Origin: an uncultured Bacilli bacterium | Lineage (GTDB): Bacteria; Bacillota_I; Bacilli_A; RF39; UBA660 | Length of the DNA: 59,798 nucleotides | Assembly: GCA_949841325.1 (NCBI GenBank) | Contig: CATKZK010000005.1 | Coordinates: 1-59,798 of the forward strand | Direction of reading: 5' to 3' | Shown here: positions 40,368 to 50,642 of the stretch, piece by piece | Layout: every line of letters begins with the position of its first letter | Position numbering within the stretch: the first letter of the stretch is position 1 | The notes under the pieces: generated by a model | The model's input: the letters and a program-made list of their open reading frames with translations, nothing else | Told to the model about the DNA's origin: nothing | Database searches by the model: none | Position numbers and translations under genes: made by a program

Positions 40368-41384
40368 CTATTTTTCTATATAACTTTTTAAGAAGTTTAA
40401 AAGACTCACGACCTTATCATATTCCATTCTCTTTGGTCCGATAATGGCAAGCGTTCCTTCATCACTTCCTGCACGGTAATGTGTTTTAATAATGGTAACA
40501 TCGGGATCAAACTCCGTTTCTTCACCAATATAGATATTTACATCTTGTTCATCAGTTTCAATTCTCTTCACAAGTTCGACATCTTCCAGCTTAGAAACCA
40601 TATCTTTTAATTTATTTGGCTCACTAAGTTCTTGAAAATCTAACAAATTTGTCTTTCCTCCAAAGTAAATATCCGCATTATGCATCGTAAAGTCTTGAAA
40701 AGCATTTGAGAAGAAATGATATACTTCATCATACTTTTCGATGGTCTCCCTAATTCTCGGTTTTATTTCAAGTTCTAACCGCTCTTGAACACGATTTAAT
40801 GGAGTTCCAATCAATGCTTTATTAATAATTTCACTGGCTTTAATAAGCTCTTGCAAATTGATATCCTTTGAAACGTTCACTTGCTTATTTTCAACGACGC
40901 CTTGACTCGTAATCAACACTGCAACTACACGATTTGAAAATTCATCACTGTCATCATCTAATTTTACAATGCTAATTTGCTTTAATGTGTTGTTCTCTTT
41001 AGAAGGACCAATGACAACACTTGTGTAATGCGTGATGTCACTAATAATCTCCATACACTTCGTTATAGCATCGGATATAACAAGTTGATTGTTTGAAAGA
41101 ATTGTCTGTAATTTCAGCACATCTTCCCCTGTCATTTCTTTTGGTTTCATCAAATGACTGACATAATACTTATATCCCGCCTCAGAGGGAATTCTCCCAC
41201 TTGATGTATGCTCTTTTTCAATAAGTCCTAAATCCTCTAGTGAAGACATACTATTTCGTATTGTCGCCGATGAACAATTGAATTTATTGACTAACGACTT
41301 TGAACTGATTGGTTTAAAATCACGAATATAGTTTTCTACGATCTCTCTTAGTAGTTCTTCTTGTCTATCTCCCAAATTTATCAC
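40368..41384 (-). CDS. hrcA: Heat-inducible repressor HrcA
   Basis: SSATIRN, HTSSGRIPS, IIGPKRMEY. Confidence 0.97.
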   Translation of the reverse strand: MINLGDRQEELLREIVENYIRDFKPISSKSLVNKFNCSSATIRNSMSSLEDLGLIEKEHTSSGRIPSEAGYKYYVSHLMKPKEMTGEDVLKLQTILSNNQLVISDAITKCMEIISDITHYTSVVIGPSKENNTLKQISIVKLDDDSDEFSNRVVAVLITSQGVVENKQVNVSKDINLQELIKASEIINKALIGTPLNRVQERLELEIKPRIRETIEKYDEVYHFFSNAFQDFTMHNADIYFGGKTNLLDFQELSEPNKLKDMVSKLEDVELVKRIETDEQDVNIYIGEETEFDPDVTIIKTHYRAGSDEGTLAIIGPKRMEYDKVVSLLNFLKSYIEK

Positions 41385-41387
41385 ATC

Positions 41388-41460
41388 CTAGCACTCCTAA
41401 CTTTCCAGTGCTAATTAAATTATAACGCCCTCCTTAGCACTTGTCAATAATATTTGCTAA
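41388..41460 (-). promoter_or_regulatory. Two CIRCE elements flanking a consensus sigma-A promoter
   Basis: TTAGCACTG-N9-GAGTGCTAG (41388-41414), TTAGCACTT-N9-ATTTGCTAA (41434-41460), TTGACA-17-TATAAT (41447-41419). Confidence 0.93.
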
Positions 41461-41509
41461 CTTTCTATAGTTTATGTCAAAATAAAAAAAACTTGCTATC
41501 AAACAAGTT

Positions 41510-42055
41510 TTAATACTCATAAGTTCCATGTAGTTTTGTTAATTGTTCAGTTGTCAATGGTTCAATTTCCCATTTGTTATCATTCTTTTGAAGATTTAGA
41601 GTGAGTGTATAATTGACAGTATCAGTTGTATCAAGCAATTGACTTAACTTATATTTTAGATATTTTGATAAATCAACATCGCCTTTTTCATCGATAAAGT
41701 CTGTTTGATTCGCTGTGAAATAATCTCCAGACGTTTTATTCGTTTTATAATAATCATATACAGTGATTTGCACATCTACTGTTGCTTTATCGCCATCTAT
41801 TCTCTCTTCTTTAATAGCATACTTCATATTACTATATTGTCTTAAATAAATTTCTCGATATTCCTTTTGAGCTTCTTCATCTAAATCTTCTGTCTTTAAA
41901 TAGTCATTTAATTCATTAACAACAACTTCATCATTATTCTTATATTTGTTTAAAAACTTTGATACCGCATCTTTGGGCCCATTATTTAAAGCACAAGCAG
42001 TTAAACAAATTAACATCACAAATAAAGACAATACTACATTCAATTTTTTCTTCAT
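41510..42055 (-). CDS. Lipoprotein (NTF2-like/DUF4878-like)
   Basis: Lipobox LTAC; IDGDKATVDVQI strand motif. Confidence 0.75.
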   Translation of the reverse strand: MKKKLNVVLSLFVMLICLTACALNNGPKDAVSKFLNKYKNNDEVVVNELNDYLKTEDLDEEAQKEYREIYLRQYSNMKYAIKEERIDGDKATVDVQITVYDYYKTNKTSGDYFTANQTDFIDEKGDVDLSKYLKYKLSQLLDTTDTVNYTLTLNLQKNDNKWEIEPLTTEQLTKLHGTYEY

Positions 42056-42077
42056 TATCTTTTTCTCCTTATATCGT

Positions 42078-42106
42078 TAGTATGTCTATCTTTTTACAAA
42101 TTATAC
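42078..42106 (-). promoter_or_regulatory. sigma-G-like forespore promoter
   Basis: GTATA-17-CATACTA directly before the AAGGAG RBS. Confidence 0.6.
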
Positions 42107-42118
42107 AAAAAAGAAAGC

Positions 42119-42406
42119 TTAATTGCTTTCTTCCACTCCGTCTAATGCTCCATCTAAGATTTTATCGGCAATAATATCTCTAAATTCATCCATTAATTCA
42201 TCATATAAAACCTTATCTTCAACAATCATTAAATACTCCTCTTCATTGCGCTTTTGCGCTTCAAAGATTAAGTATTCCTCAGTTACAATAGCTTCTTCTT
42301 TTACTCTCACTGCATATATATAACGAATACCTTCTCTTTGTAACTGTTCTAGTAATAAATATTCGTTATTATTATCCAATGTTACGATTTTTCCTACTTC
42401 TATCAT
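42119..42406 (-). CDS. Small acidic protein, DUF1292-like, tandem copy 2
   Basis: MIEVGKIVTL..EYLLLE..LYDELMDEFRDIIADKILDGALD. Confidence 0.75.
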   Translation of the reverse strand: MIEVGKIVTLDNNNEYLLLEQLQREGIRYIYAVRVKEEAIVTEEYLIFEAQKRNEEEYLMIVEDKVLYDELMDEFRDIIADKILDGALDGVEESN

Positions 42407-42450
42407 ACCCTTTACTCCTTTCCTCTTCTTTATTTAGAAAAAAGTTGCTA

Positions 42451-42744
42451 CTAAACAGCAACTCCTTCCTCTGTATCATCTAATGCGCCATCAAGTATCT
42501 TATCTGCAACGATATCTCTAAATTCATCCATTAATTCATCATAAAGTGTTTTATCATTTACTACTTTAAGATAGTCATCGTTTTCTTTTTTTAATGCTTC
42601 AAAGATTAAATACTCATCTGTTGCAACTTCGTCATTTACAACACGTACCGCATATAGATAATGATGATTTTCTTTCTTTAATTCTTCTAGTAACAGATAC
42701 TCTTGTGTATTTTCAAGAGTCACTATATTGCCAACCTCTATCAT
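42451..42744 (-). CDS. Small acidic protein, DUF1292-like, tandem copy 1
   Basis: Clear paralog of 42119..42406. Confidence 0.75.
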   Translation of the reverse strand: MIEVGNIVTLENTQEYLLLEELKKENHHYLYAVRVVNDEVATDEYLIFEALKKENDDYLKVVNDKTLYDELMDEFRDIVADKILDGALDDTEEGVAV

Positions 42745-42746
42745 AA

Positions 42747-45700
42747 TTACATTCCCTTTTCCATTGCGTTGTCTTGTAATAAGAACGCTTTATTATCAAG
42801 GCTTTCTTTTAATGCATTATATTCCTCTGGTGTAAAATTACCTCTTCTTTGTTGATCTTCTATAATCAATCCCATAGATTCGATATCAGTAGAGTCTGAA
42901 GCACGATTTATAAAGTCATCTAGTACATCTAAATAATGATCTTTTCCCGTCTTAGGTCCAATAGCAGGAACAATTTCACTCCATAATTTATCTGTTCTTT
43001 CTGTAACAATCGCATTTATATGTCGATTACAGTAATCAGTAAATTCATGTTCTTCATCTACTGTTGTTATAGTACCAAGCATTTTTGCTTGTTCAATATA
43101 ATCTTTAACAGCTTGATCAAGTTCTGCGACATCTGTAACATCTTTATAATTTTCTTCAAAGTTTGTAGCCATTGCTCTTACATTTTCAGAAAGGACTACA
43201 GGAGTCTGTACTGCTTCTGCGCTTTGACCAGTCAACTCTTTCATTTCTTCTGCCATACCTTCAAAAATGTCAATATTATCTTCGGCTACAGGAGCATTCA
43301 CTAATACTTCATTTTCTTTTTCAACATTCTCTAGGAATTCTTGTTTTTCTTCAACTGGAGATTCAGGTGTTGGCATTGGTACTTCCATATTTCCAAGCAA
43401 TTCATTAATTTCTTCAGGTGTTAACAAAGAGTTACTTTCACTCATAACAGGAGCTTGTGCAAGGAATGGATCAGTTACAACAAGTGGTTCAACTACTTGT
43501 TGTTCTTTAAGGGTATTATCAAGTTCTGCAACGACTTCTTCAGGAGTCTCCTCTTTAGGAATCACTGGTATATTTTCAGCTACTTCCGCTACTTCTGGGA
43601 ATGACTCTAAAGCGATTTCTACTTCAGGTTGTTCTAAAGCAGGCGCTTCCACTTCTTCATTTTGAACAATTTCCTCATCGATAGCTTCCACCATTTTTTC
43701 TGGTGATACCTCAGCGTTTAATTCTGATGATATCTCCTCTACTTCAGGCGTATTTTCTAAAGCCTCTAAGTTATCCACTTCTTCAACCTCTTCAACTTCT
43801 TCTGGAGATACAGAAGTTACTTCTTCAACTTTCATTGCATCTATCGCTGCTTTTTCAATATCTGCACGATAAGATTCAATAGCTACACTTCCAACTGCAA
43901 TTTCTGCTGGAGTCTTAATTCCGCCTATACCTACAAAGGCAGTTCTTAAATCGAATGGTGTAATTTGTGGATATTTTCCTCTAGCACCATCTCCGTTACG
44001 TCTTTTATTTTCTTTAGCAAATGCATTAAGGAAATCTCTTACAAAGGCTTCATCCGCACCCTCAGCAAAGATATCATGATAATTTCCTTCTGTTATATAT
44101 ACACCATTTTTGCCTTTTTTCATATCACTCTTAGTTTTGTAATGAACGAAATCTGCACGACGCTTTTCTGTATCATAAACAAATGCTATATTGTAATCCT
44201 TATATTTCTTAGCAATTTTTCTACATTTTGCTTGCATTGAAGCAAATTCAATACCATCTTTTATAACACCACTATATTGATATAATGCTGCTCCGCCTAC
44301 TAAAGCAATTGGAATTGATACTGGTAGTGATGCTGCTGCACCTAATCCTATTGCAGCCAAAGCAACAGTAGTCGTTAATGCTGATTTTTTTGCCATATTC
44401 AAATTACGAGAATTAGTAACCTTCATCGCCATCTCATTGACTGAATCATATGGATTAAGAGGATTATTTGATAAAGGTTCTGGTTGTTCTAATAAAGAGT
44501 CATCCATTTCTTCATAATCTTCTCCTAAATCAAGATTATCATCTAACTCTTCTTCCTCTGCATTAGATTCAGAATTATTATCTGTTGCATTTAATTGTTC
44601 TTCCGCTTTTTTCTTTTCTTCTTCTAATTTTTGAGCTTCTAGTTCTTTTTGTTTTTTTGCTTCTTCAGCTTTCTTTTGTTCTTCAATTTCAGCTTGTTTC
44701 TTCGCTTCTTCTTGTCTTTTTATTTCTTCTTTTTCCTCTGAAACTGCTTTGATAGCTTTATCAATTCCCTTGTCAATTTCATTTAAGTCACTTTCAATTG
44801 TCTTTCCATTATAATTAATAACAGCTTTGTTTTTCTTATTTTGGCTTATTGTATAGGCTAATAAAGCTGAATTACTAATTTCTTCCACTTTCTTAGAAGA
44901 GAATTCACTTTCTAGAATATTAGCACTGTATAGTCTTTTATCATTAATGTAAACAGTTACAGCTTTTTCACCATTTTCCAAATCATTTATCGTAACTTTC
45001 ATATTGATAGGGCGAGCAACCTCAATCCCTGCAAGATTTAAAAGATAATCCATATTACGATTCATTTCTTCCTTACGCATATCAATACGTTCTTGTTCTT
45101 CTTTAGCATAAAGATAACCATCCCCATCCATTGGACCATACTTCTTATATGGTGCTAAGTTGGTTTCCATTCTTGCTATTTCATCTTTGCGTTGTCTAAA
45201 AAATTCATCAATTGTTTTTTTCATTTGTGCTTCAAAAGCTTCTAATTTATCTCTATACGCATCAATACGTTCTTGTTCTTCTTTAGCATAAAGATAGCCA
45301 TCCCCATCCATTGGACCATATTTCTTATACGGTGCTAAGTTAGCTTCCATTCTAGCAAGCCCGAATCGCATATCTTTTAACTTTTTCAAATCTTCTTGAA
45401 ATTCAGCACTATTTACAAATTTTTCAACTCTCTCTTCTTCTGTCATATACATACTAGTATTCTCCTTACTTTCCACTTTTTTTTCAGGTTGTACACGTTC
45501 TTCATTCATCTCAATTTCGTTATTTGCTTCCATACTAACTGGTTCTTCCACAACTTCTTGAATCTCTTCCATATCAACGGGTTCTTCCACAACTTCTTGA
45601 AGTTTTTCCTCTTCAACAATCTCTAGTTTTCTATTTGGATTTTCAATTTTATCAATGGCTTCCATGATTAATTTATTAGCATCCTCTTCTGTATATCCAG

Positions 45701-45908
45701 CATTTTTACACATCTCGATAGCTTCCAATTTAGCCGCTTGAACGTTTTGATCTACAGAACTTTTTATAAATTCTTCTTCTGCCTGTATTTCAGATCCTCT
45801 CAACATAGCAACATAATTTTCCAATTCTTCATTTTTTCTTCTAAAAAATTCTTCTAGCGTCTTCTTAAAAGCTTCAGCTTGTTTCTCATTCATTCTTTTT
45901 TCCTCCAA
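42747..45908 (-). CDS. Large acidic orphan protein with coiled coils, internal repeat and central hydrophobic hairpin
   Basis: 1053-aa ORF, E-rich, no signal peptide; alternative ATG a few codons in after GGAGG. Confidence 0.8.
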   Translation of the reverse strand: MEEKRMNEKQAEAFKKTLEEFFRRKNEELENYVAMLRGSEIQAEEEFIKSSVDQNVQAAKLEAIEMCKNAGYTEEDANKLIMEAIDKIENPNRKLEIVEEEKLQEVVEEPVDMEEIQEVVEEPVSMEANNEIEMNEERVQPEKKVESKENTSMYMTEEERVEKFVNSAEFQEDLKKLKDMRFGLARMEANLAPYKKYGPMDGDGYLYAKEEQERIDAYRDKLEAFEAQMKKTIDEFFRQRKDEIARMETNLAPYKKYGPMDGDGYLYAKEEQERIDMRKEEMNRNMDYLLNLAGIEVARPINMKVTINDLENGEKAVTVYINDKRLYSANILESEFSSKKVEEISNSALLAYTISQNKKNKAVINYNGKTIESDLNEIDKGIDKAIKAVSEEKEEIKRQEEAKKQAEIEEQKKAEEAKKQKELEAQKLEEEKKKAEEQLNATDNNSESNAEEEELDDNLDLGEDYEEMDDSLLEQPEPLSNNPLNPYDSVNEMAMKVTNSRNLNMAKKSALTTTVALAAIGLGAAASLPVSIPIALVGGAALYQYSGVIKDGIEFASMQAKCRKIAKKYKDYNIAFVYDTEKRRADFVHYKTKSDMKKGKNGVYITEGNYHDIFAEGADEAFVRDFLNAFAKENKRRNGDGARGKYPQITPFDLRTAFVGIGGIKTPAEIAVGSVAIESYRADIEKAAIDAMKVEEVTSVSPEEVEEVEEVDNLEALENTPEVEEISSELNAEVSPEKMVEAIDEEIVQNEEVEAPALEQPEVEIALESFPEVAEVAENIPVIPKEETPEEVVAELDNTLKEQQVVEPLVVTDPFLAQAPVMSESNSLLTPEEINELLGNMEVPMPTPESPVEEKQEFLENVEKENEVLVNAPVAEDNIDIFEGMAEEMKELTGQSAEAVQTPVVLSENVRAMATNFEENYKDVTDVAELDQAVKDYIEQAKMLGTITTVDEEHEFTDYCNRHINAIVTERTDKLWSEIVPAIGPKTGKDHYLDVLDDFINRASDSTDIESMGLIIEDQQRRGNFTPEEYNALKESLDNKAFLLQDNAMEKGM
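45081..45356 (-). repeat. Two ~96-nt direct repeats, 180-nt period (ARMExNLAPYKKYGPMDGDGYLYAKEEQERID)
   Basis: 45081-45176 versus 45261-45356 nearly identical. Confidence 0.92.
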
Positions 45909-46043
45909 ACTTTGGGATATCCCCCTCTTTTTAAGTGGTTACTATAACAGTTTTCTTTTATTTTGTCAACGAAATAAAGCATAGTCTACTTACTATAATC
46001 CCATTTTAACATTAATTCTTAGCTTTGTATAGTTTTTTTACAT

Positions 46044-48989
46044 TTATTCGACATTTTCTAGACGTACACTGACGAGTTTTGACACTCCGCTTTCCTGCAT
46101 TGTAATTCCATAAAGTGTATTGGCATATTCCATTGTTCGCTTTTTATGAGTAATCACAATAAATTGAGAATTATGTTCATATTCTTTAATATAGGTCCCA
46201 AATTGGTCAACGTTTGCCTCATCTAAAGCAGCTTCTACCTCATCTAAGATACAGAACGGAACAATTCTAATATTTAAAATACTAAAGAGTAACGCAATTG
46301 CAGTAAGGGTCATCTCTCCTCCCGATAAAGAGTGAATGCTCTTAAGAGATTTTCCTGGAGGTTCTGCTGATATATCGATTCCTGTTGTAAGCAAATCACT
46401 TGGATCCGTCATATGCAAAGAGGCATTTCCTCCTCTAAAAAGTTTTTTAAATACGGCACTAAATTCTTGATTGACTTTTTCAAATGTACTTGCAAATTTC
46501 TCTTTCATCGTCTCATCTAAATCGTGAATCACTTCAAGTAAATTGGCAACGGCATTTTCCAAATCCTTCTTTTGTTCACTTAAGAACGTATATCGAGTAT
46601 TCACTCTTTCATATTCAGCAATACTGCCAAGATTTACATCTCCTAAACTGCGAATATCTCTTCTGTATTGATTGACTTTTGTTCTAGCAATCCCCTCATC
46701 CATTTCTAAAGAGTACTCACTACTTGCCTTTTCATACGTCATTTCATACTCTTCACTCAATCGATTCAATAGATTTTCTATGCGTACATCAAGCTTCCCA
46801 ATGGTAACACCACAAGCATTGATTTCGCTTTGACTCTTTACATATTCATTATTAGAGGATTTAATCGTCTTTTCGAGAACATCTATCTTTTCTTGTAACT
46901 CCTCTTTTGTTTTCTTTAACTTTATAAGCTCAGATGCTAAAAGATCTTTATTTGTCCCAACTTCTAATATTTTCTTTAACACTTCGTCTAATTCTTTATC
47001 ACTTTCATTTGCTAATACATTTTGAGTTCCCGATAATTCACTTTGTATATCCTCCAAACGTTTTTGCAAATTCAGCTCCTCTAAATGAAGCCCTTTTGTT
47101 TTTTCTTCTAAACTTGCTAACATTCCTTTTTCATTAAAAATCTGCTCTTCAAGAATTTTTATGTCATGATCAATTTGATTTAAGTGTTCCTCGATAAGTT
47201 TACATTCATTGGTAATACCATTCACTTCTCTTAAAGCATTTTCAAGTTCAAACTTTATATTAAATAGACCATGACTTGCCTTATTTATTCCACCTGTCAT
47301 GGATCCGCCTGTATGAAGTAACTCTCCATCTAAGGTAATAATACGATAACGATAATGAATAGCTCTTCCTAAAAGATTCATCGTATTCATATTGTCAACA
47401 ACGAGCGTTGCTCCTAATTGATTTTCAACAATTCCTTTATAGAGAGGATTATAGCTGACAAGGTCACTTAAAACACCCACAAATCCTGCTGTTTCTTTAC
47501 ATACTTTTAAAGTATCTTCTTCTACTTTTCTAGATTTAATGACACTTATAGGGAAAAACGTCGCCCTTCCAAGTTTGTTTTCTTTTAAATATTCGATTGC
47601 TTCTTTTCCTGAAGATTCATCATCGACAATAATAACATTTGCATTTCCACCTAAAGCGATTTCCAAAGAGGTAGCATATTTTTCCTCTGTTTCTATTAAT
47701 TTACATAAGACATCATGAATGCCCTTTAACTTAGGATGATTTAAAACACTTTTTACAGCAAAAGGCAATTTTGTATCATTTTCAATCGATTCTTTTAATA
47801 CTTCAATACGATTCTTAAGTCTTGTCTCTTCATTGTTCTTTTTATTTAACTCTGTTCCCATCGTATTCTTAAGTTGCATTTGCGTATTATACTCTTTCAC
47901 AAAATTTTCGAGTTTCTCTTTTGAACTCATTACTTCGTTTTCCGCATTTGTTTTATCATTAAAAAGTAAAGACAAACGCTTTTGCATATCCATTTCCTGT
48001 TCTTTTAAAAGAAGAATATTACTTTCCAACTTCTGATCATCTACTTCATACTTTTGTCTTTCCATAATGACTTGTTTTTTTGACTCTAAAGAAGAAAGTT
48101 CTTGACTAAAGGTTATTATTTGCTCACTCATTTCATTTATTTTTTCTTCAAGTTCCTTGCGATTTTGCTTAAATGCCTCTAATTCTTTTTCTTCATCACT
48201 TGAATGGGCATCTAAAGACGTCATTTTCTGTTCTAAATTCTTGAGTTTTTTCTTCTCTTCTTCTAATGAATATGTAAGATTTTTAATATCCGTTGCCAAA
48301 AGGGCTACTTCAATGTCTTTTAATTCCTCTTTTGTTTGTAAAAACTTTTCTGCTTTTTCTGCCTGAATACGTAAAGGTTCTACATTGCCCTCAAGCTCTT
48401 GAATAACAAGACTCACTTTTTCCAAGTTATCATTCGTATTTTCAAGTTTACGCATCGATTCTTCTTTGCGTTTCTTATATTTTAATGTTCCTGATGCTTC
48501 TTCTATAATTACACGTCGATCAGTTGGCTTTCCTTTTAAAATTTCCATAATCTTACCTTGTGAAATAATTGAAAAAGAATTCGCATTAGACCCACTATCT
48601 AAAAACAAATCCGTAATATCCTTTTTTCTTACCTTTGCATTATTGATATAGTACTCATTTTCTCCTGTTTTAAAAATTTCTCTTTTTATTTCAATTTCGG
48701 CCAAATCACTGGCAAGATAATGGTCACTGTTGTCAAATGTTAAAGAAACCCAAGCGCGATTTAGACTTGCTCTAGATGATGAACCTGCAAATATAATATC
48801 ACTAGTCTTTTCTCCACCACGGATTTCTTTTAAACTTGCTTCTCCTAAAACCCATTTGACAGCATCAACAACATTACTCTTTCCTGAGCCATTTGGTCCA
48901 ACAATTCCCGTAATTCCCTCTCCTACTTGAATTTCTATTTTATCGGCAAAAGATTTAAAACCATGGGCTTTTATACTTAACAACTTCAT
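46044..48989 (-). CDS. smc: Chromosome segregation protein SMC (short-arm, 981 aa)
   Basis: GFKSF, GPNGSGKSN, hinge GRATFFP..GGSMTGG, LSGGE, LDEVEAALD. Confidence 0.96.
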   Translation of the reverse strand: MKLLSIKAHGFKSFADKIEIQVGEGITGIVGPNGSGKSNVVDAVKWVLGEASLKEIRGGEKTSDIIFAGSSSRASLNRAWVSLTFDNSDHYLASDLAEIEIKREIFKTGENEYYINNAKVRKKDITDLFLDSGSNANSFSIISQGKIMEILKGKPTDRRVIIEEASGTLKYKKRKEESMRKLENTNDNLEKVSLVIQELEGNVEPLRIQAEKAEKFLQTKEELKDIEVALLATDIKNLTYSLEEEKKKLKNLEQKMTSLDAHSSDEEKELEAFKQNRKELEEKINEMSEQIITFSQELSSLESKKQVIMERQKYEVDDQKLESNILLLKEQEMDMQKRLSLLFNDKTNAENEVMSSKEKLENFVKEYNTQMQLKNTMGTELNKKNNEETRLKNRIEVLKESIENDTKLPFAVKSVLNHPKLKGIHDVLCKLIETEEKYATSLEIALGGNANVIIVDDESSGKEAIEYLKENKLGRATFFPISVIKSRKVEEDTLKVCKETAGFVGVLSDLVSYNPLYKGIVENQLGATLVVDNMNTMNLLGRAIHYRYRIITLDGELLHTGGSMTGGINKASHGLFNIKFELENALREVNGITNECKLIEEHLNQIDHDIKILEEQIFNEKGMLASLEEKTKGLHLEELNLQKRLEDIQSELSGTQNVLANESDKELDEVLKKILEVGTNKDLLASELIKLKKTKEELQEKIDVLEKTIKSSNNEYVKSQSEINACGVTIGKLDVRIENLLNRLSEEYEMTYEKASSEYSLEMDEGIARTKVNQYRRDIRSLGDVNLGSIAEYERVNTRYTFLSEQKKDLENAVANLLEVIHDLDETMKEKFASTFEKVNQEFSAVFKKLFRGGNASLHMTDPSDLLTTGIDISAEPPGKSLKSIHSLSGGEMTLTAIALLFSILNIRIVPFCILDEVEAALDEANVDQFGTYIKEYEHNSQFIVITHKKRTMEYANTLYGITMQESGVSKLVSVRLENVE

Positions 48990-49001
48990 TTAAACCATCC
49001 T

Positions 49002-49670
49002 TTACGCTATTTTTTTTATCGCATCATACGCCGCATTTTGCTCTGCTTCTTTTTTTGATTTTCCACTCCCTGTTCCAAAACGAATTCCATCTACAATACA
49101 ATCAACAACAAATGTTTTATCATGGGCTGGCCCAGATTCCTGCTTAACAATATACTCTAAAGTCTTCTTTTCCATTTGGACCATCTCTTGTAAATACGAT
49201 TTATTATCATGAATAAAAATAACTTTTTTTTCAATGTAAGGAACTATGATTTTTAAAGCAAACTTTTTTGCAACTGAATATCCATGTTCTAAAAAGATTA
49301 CGGCTAAAACACTTTCAAAACAATCGGCAACAATACTTGGGGTATCAGCATTTACGCCATTACCTACTTTTATATGTTCTATAAGGCCAATTTCTTTTGA
49401 ATATTCATACAAGGCATTTTCACAAACATAACTTGCTCGAACTTTAGACATCTCTCCCTCTTTTAAATGCGTTTGGTTATAAAAATACTCACTAGTCGCG
49501 AGTTCTAAAACAGCATCTCCTAAAAATTCCAATCGTTCATAATTATCCACTTTTGCTTCATTTGCATAAGAAGAATGTGTAAGAGCAGTCGCTAACAATG
49601 CTTTATTTTTAATTGTAATTCCTCTGCTTTCTAAAAAGTTCATGATCATCACCATACTCATTATACACAA
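49002..49670 (-). CDS. rnc: Ribonuclease III
   Basis: ERLEFLGDAVL, dsRBD GKSKKEAEQNAA; true start probably a few codons in. Confidence 0.97.
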   Translation of the reverse strand: MCIMSMVMIMNFLESRGITIKNKALLATALTHSSYANEAKVDNYERLEFLGDAVLELATSEYFYNQTHLKEGEMSKVRASYVCENALYEYSKEIGLIEHIKVGNGVNADTPSIVADCFESVLAVIFLEHGYSVAKKFALKIIVPYIEKKVIFIHDNKSYLQEMVQMEKKTLEYIVKQESGPAHDKTFVVDCIVDGIRFGTGSGKSKKEAEQNAAYDAIKKIA

Positions 49671-49781
49671 AAGTTCTTGAATAATCTAGTTAAAAAGCAT
49701 TTTCTCATTTTTATTCACGCAAAAATCTTTTCCTTATTTTATTCCTATGATAAAATAAATATAAGAAAAAGAGGTTAATAT

Positions 49782-50642
49782 ATGAAAATAAAAAGAATCA
49801 TTTTGCTTATTGCATGTACATTTTTAATGACAGGATGTTTTAAGAGTTCTTCAATGGATGATATCCATATTGTAACAACAACATACCCTATTGAATATCT
49901 CATGGAAAGGATCTATGGCTATAATTCTACGATTGATTCAATTTATCCAAGAGGAATCAATGTAAGAGAACACAAATTAACAGATAAAAAGAATCGGGAA
50001 TATGCAAGTTCTGATCTGTTTGTCTATAATGGTTTAACAGAGGAAAAAGAAACCGCTCTCCATCTCTTAAATAATAATAAAAAATTAAGAATTATCGATG
50101 TTTCCAAAGGAATATCTTTAAATAATGATGAATGTGACTTATGGTTATCTCCTTCTAATTATTTAATGCTTGCTCAAAATATTAAAAATGGTCTACTCGA
50201 TTATGTCAATACGACCATTATAAAGCAACAAATTGAAGAAAATTATGATGATTTGCGCCTTACTATTTCAACATTTGATGCTGATTTAAAGCTCGTTGCA
50301 GAAAATGCGAGTAATAAAACACTTATCATTGGCAATGACGTTTTTGCATTTTTGGAAAAATATGGTTTTCGCATTATCAACGTAGAAGAAAATGACACAT
50401 ATCTACCTACGTATTTTCAAGAGGCAAAGAATAATATTACCAATAAGACAAATACTTATGTCTTTACTTTAGATATTGACGCAGAAACAGAAAATGTAAA
50501 GCGTCTTCAAGATGCAGGTGCCAAAGTCGTTAAGATAAATTCGATGTTAAATCGTACAGAAGCCGAGGATAAAGAGAGCATCGATTATCCAAAGTTAATG
50601 AGACAATTTATTGAGGCCATTCAAAGTGAGGTTAATAACTAA
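49782..50642 (+). CDS. ZnuA/AdcA-fold lipoprotein with degenerate metal ligands
   Basis: Lipobox MTGC, IVTTTYPI, SDLFVYNG, LWLSP; His ligands missing. Confidence 0.75.
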   Translation: MKIKRIILLIACTFLMTGCFKSSSMDDIHIVTTTYPIEYLMERIYGYNSTIDSIYPRGINVREHKLTDKKNREYASSDLFVYNGLTEEKETALHLLNNNKKLRIIDVSKGISLNNDECDLWLSPSNYLMLAQNIKNGLLDYVNTTIIKQQIEENYDDLRLTISTFDADLKLVAENASNKTLIIGNDVFAFLEKYGFRIINVEENDTYLPTYFQEAKNNITNKTNTYVFTLDIDAETENVKRLQDAGAKVVKINSMLNRTEAEDKESIDYPKLMRQFIEAIQSEVNN

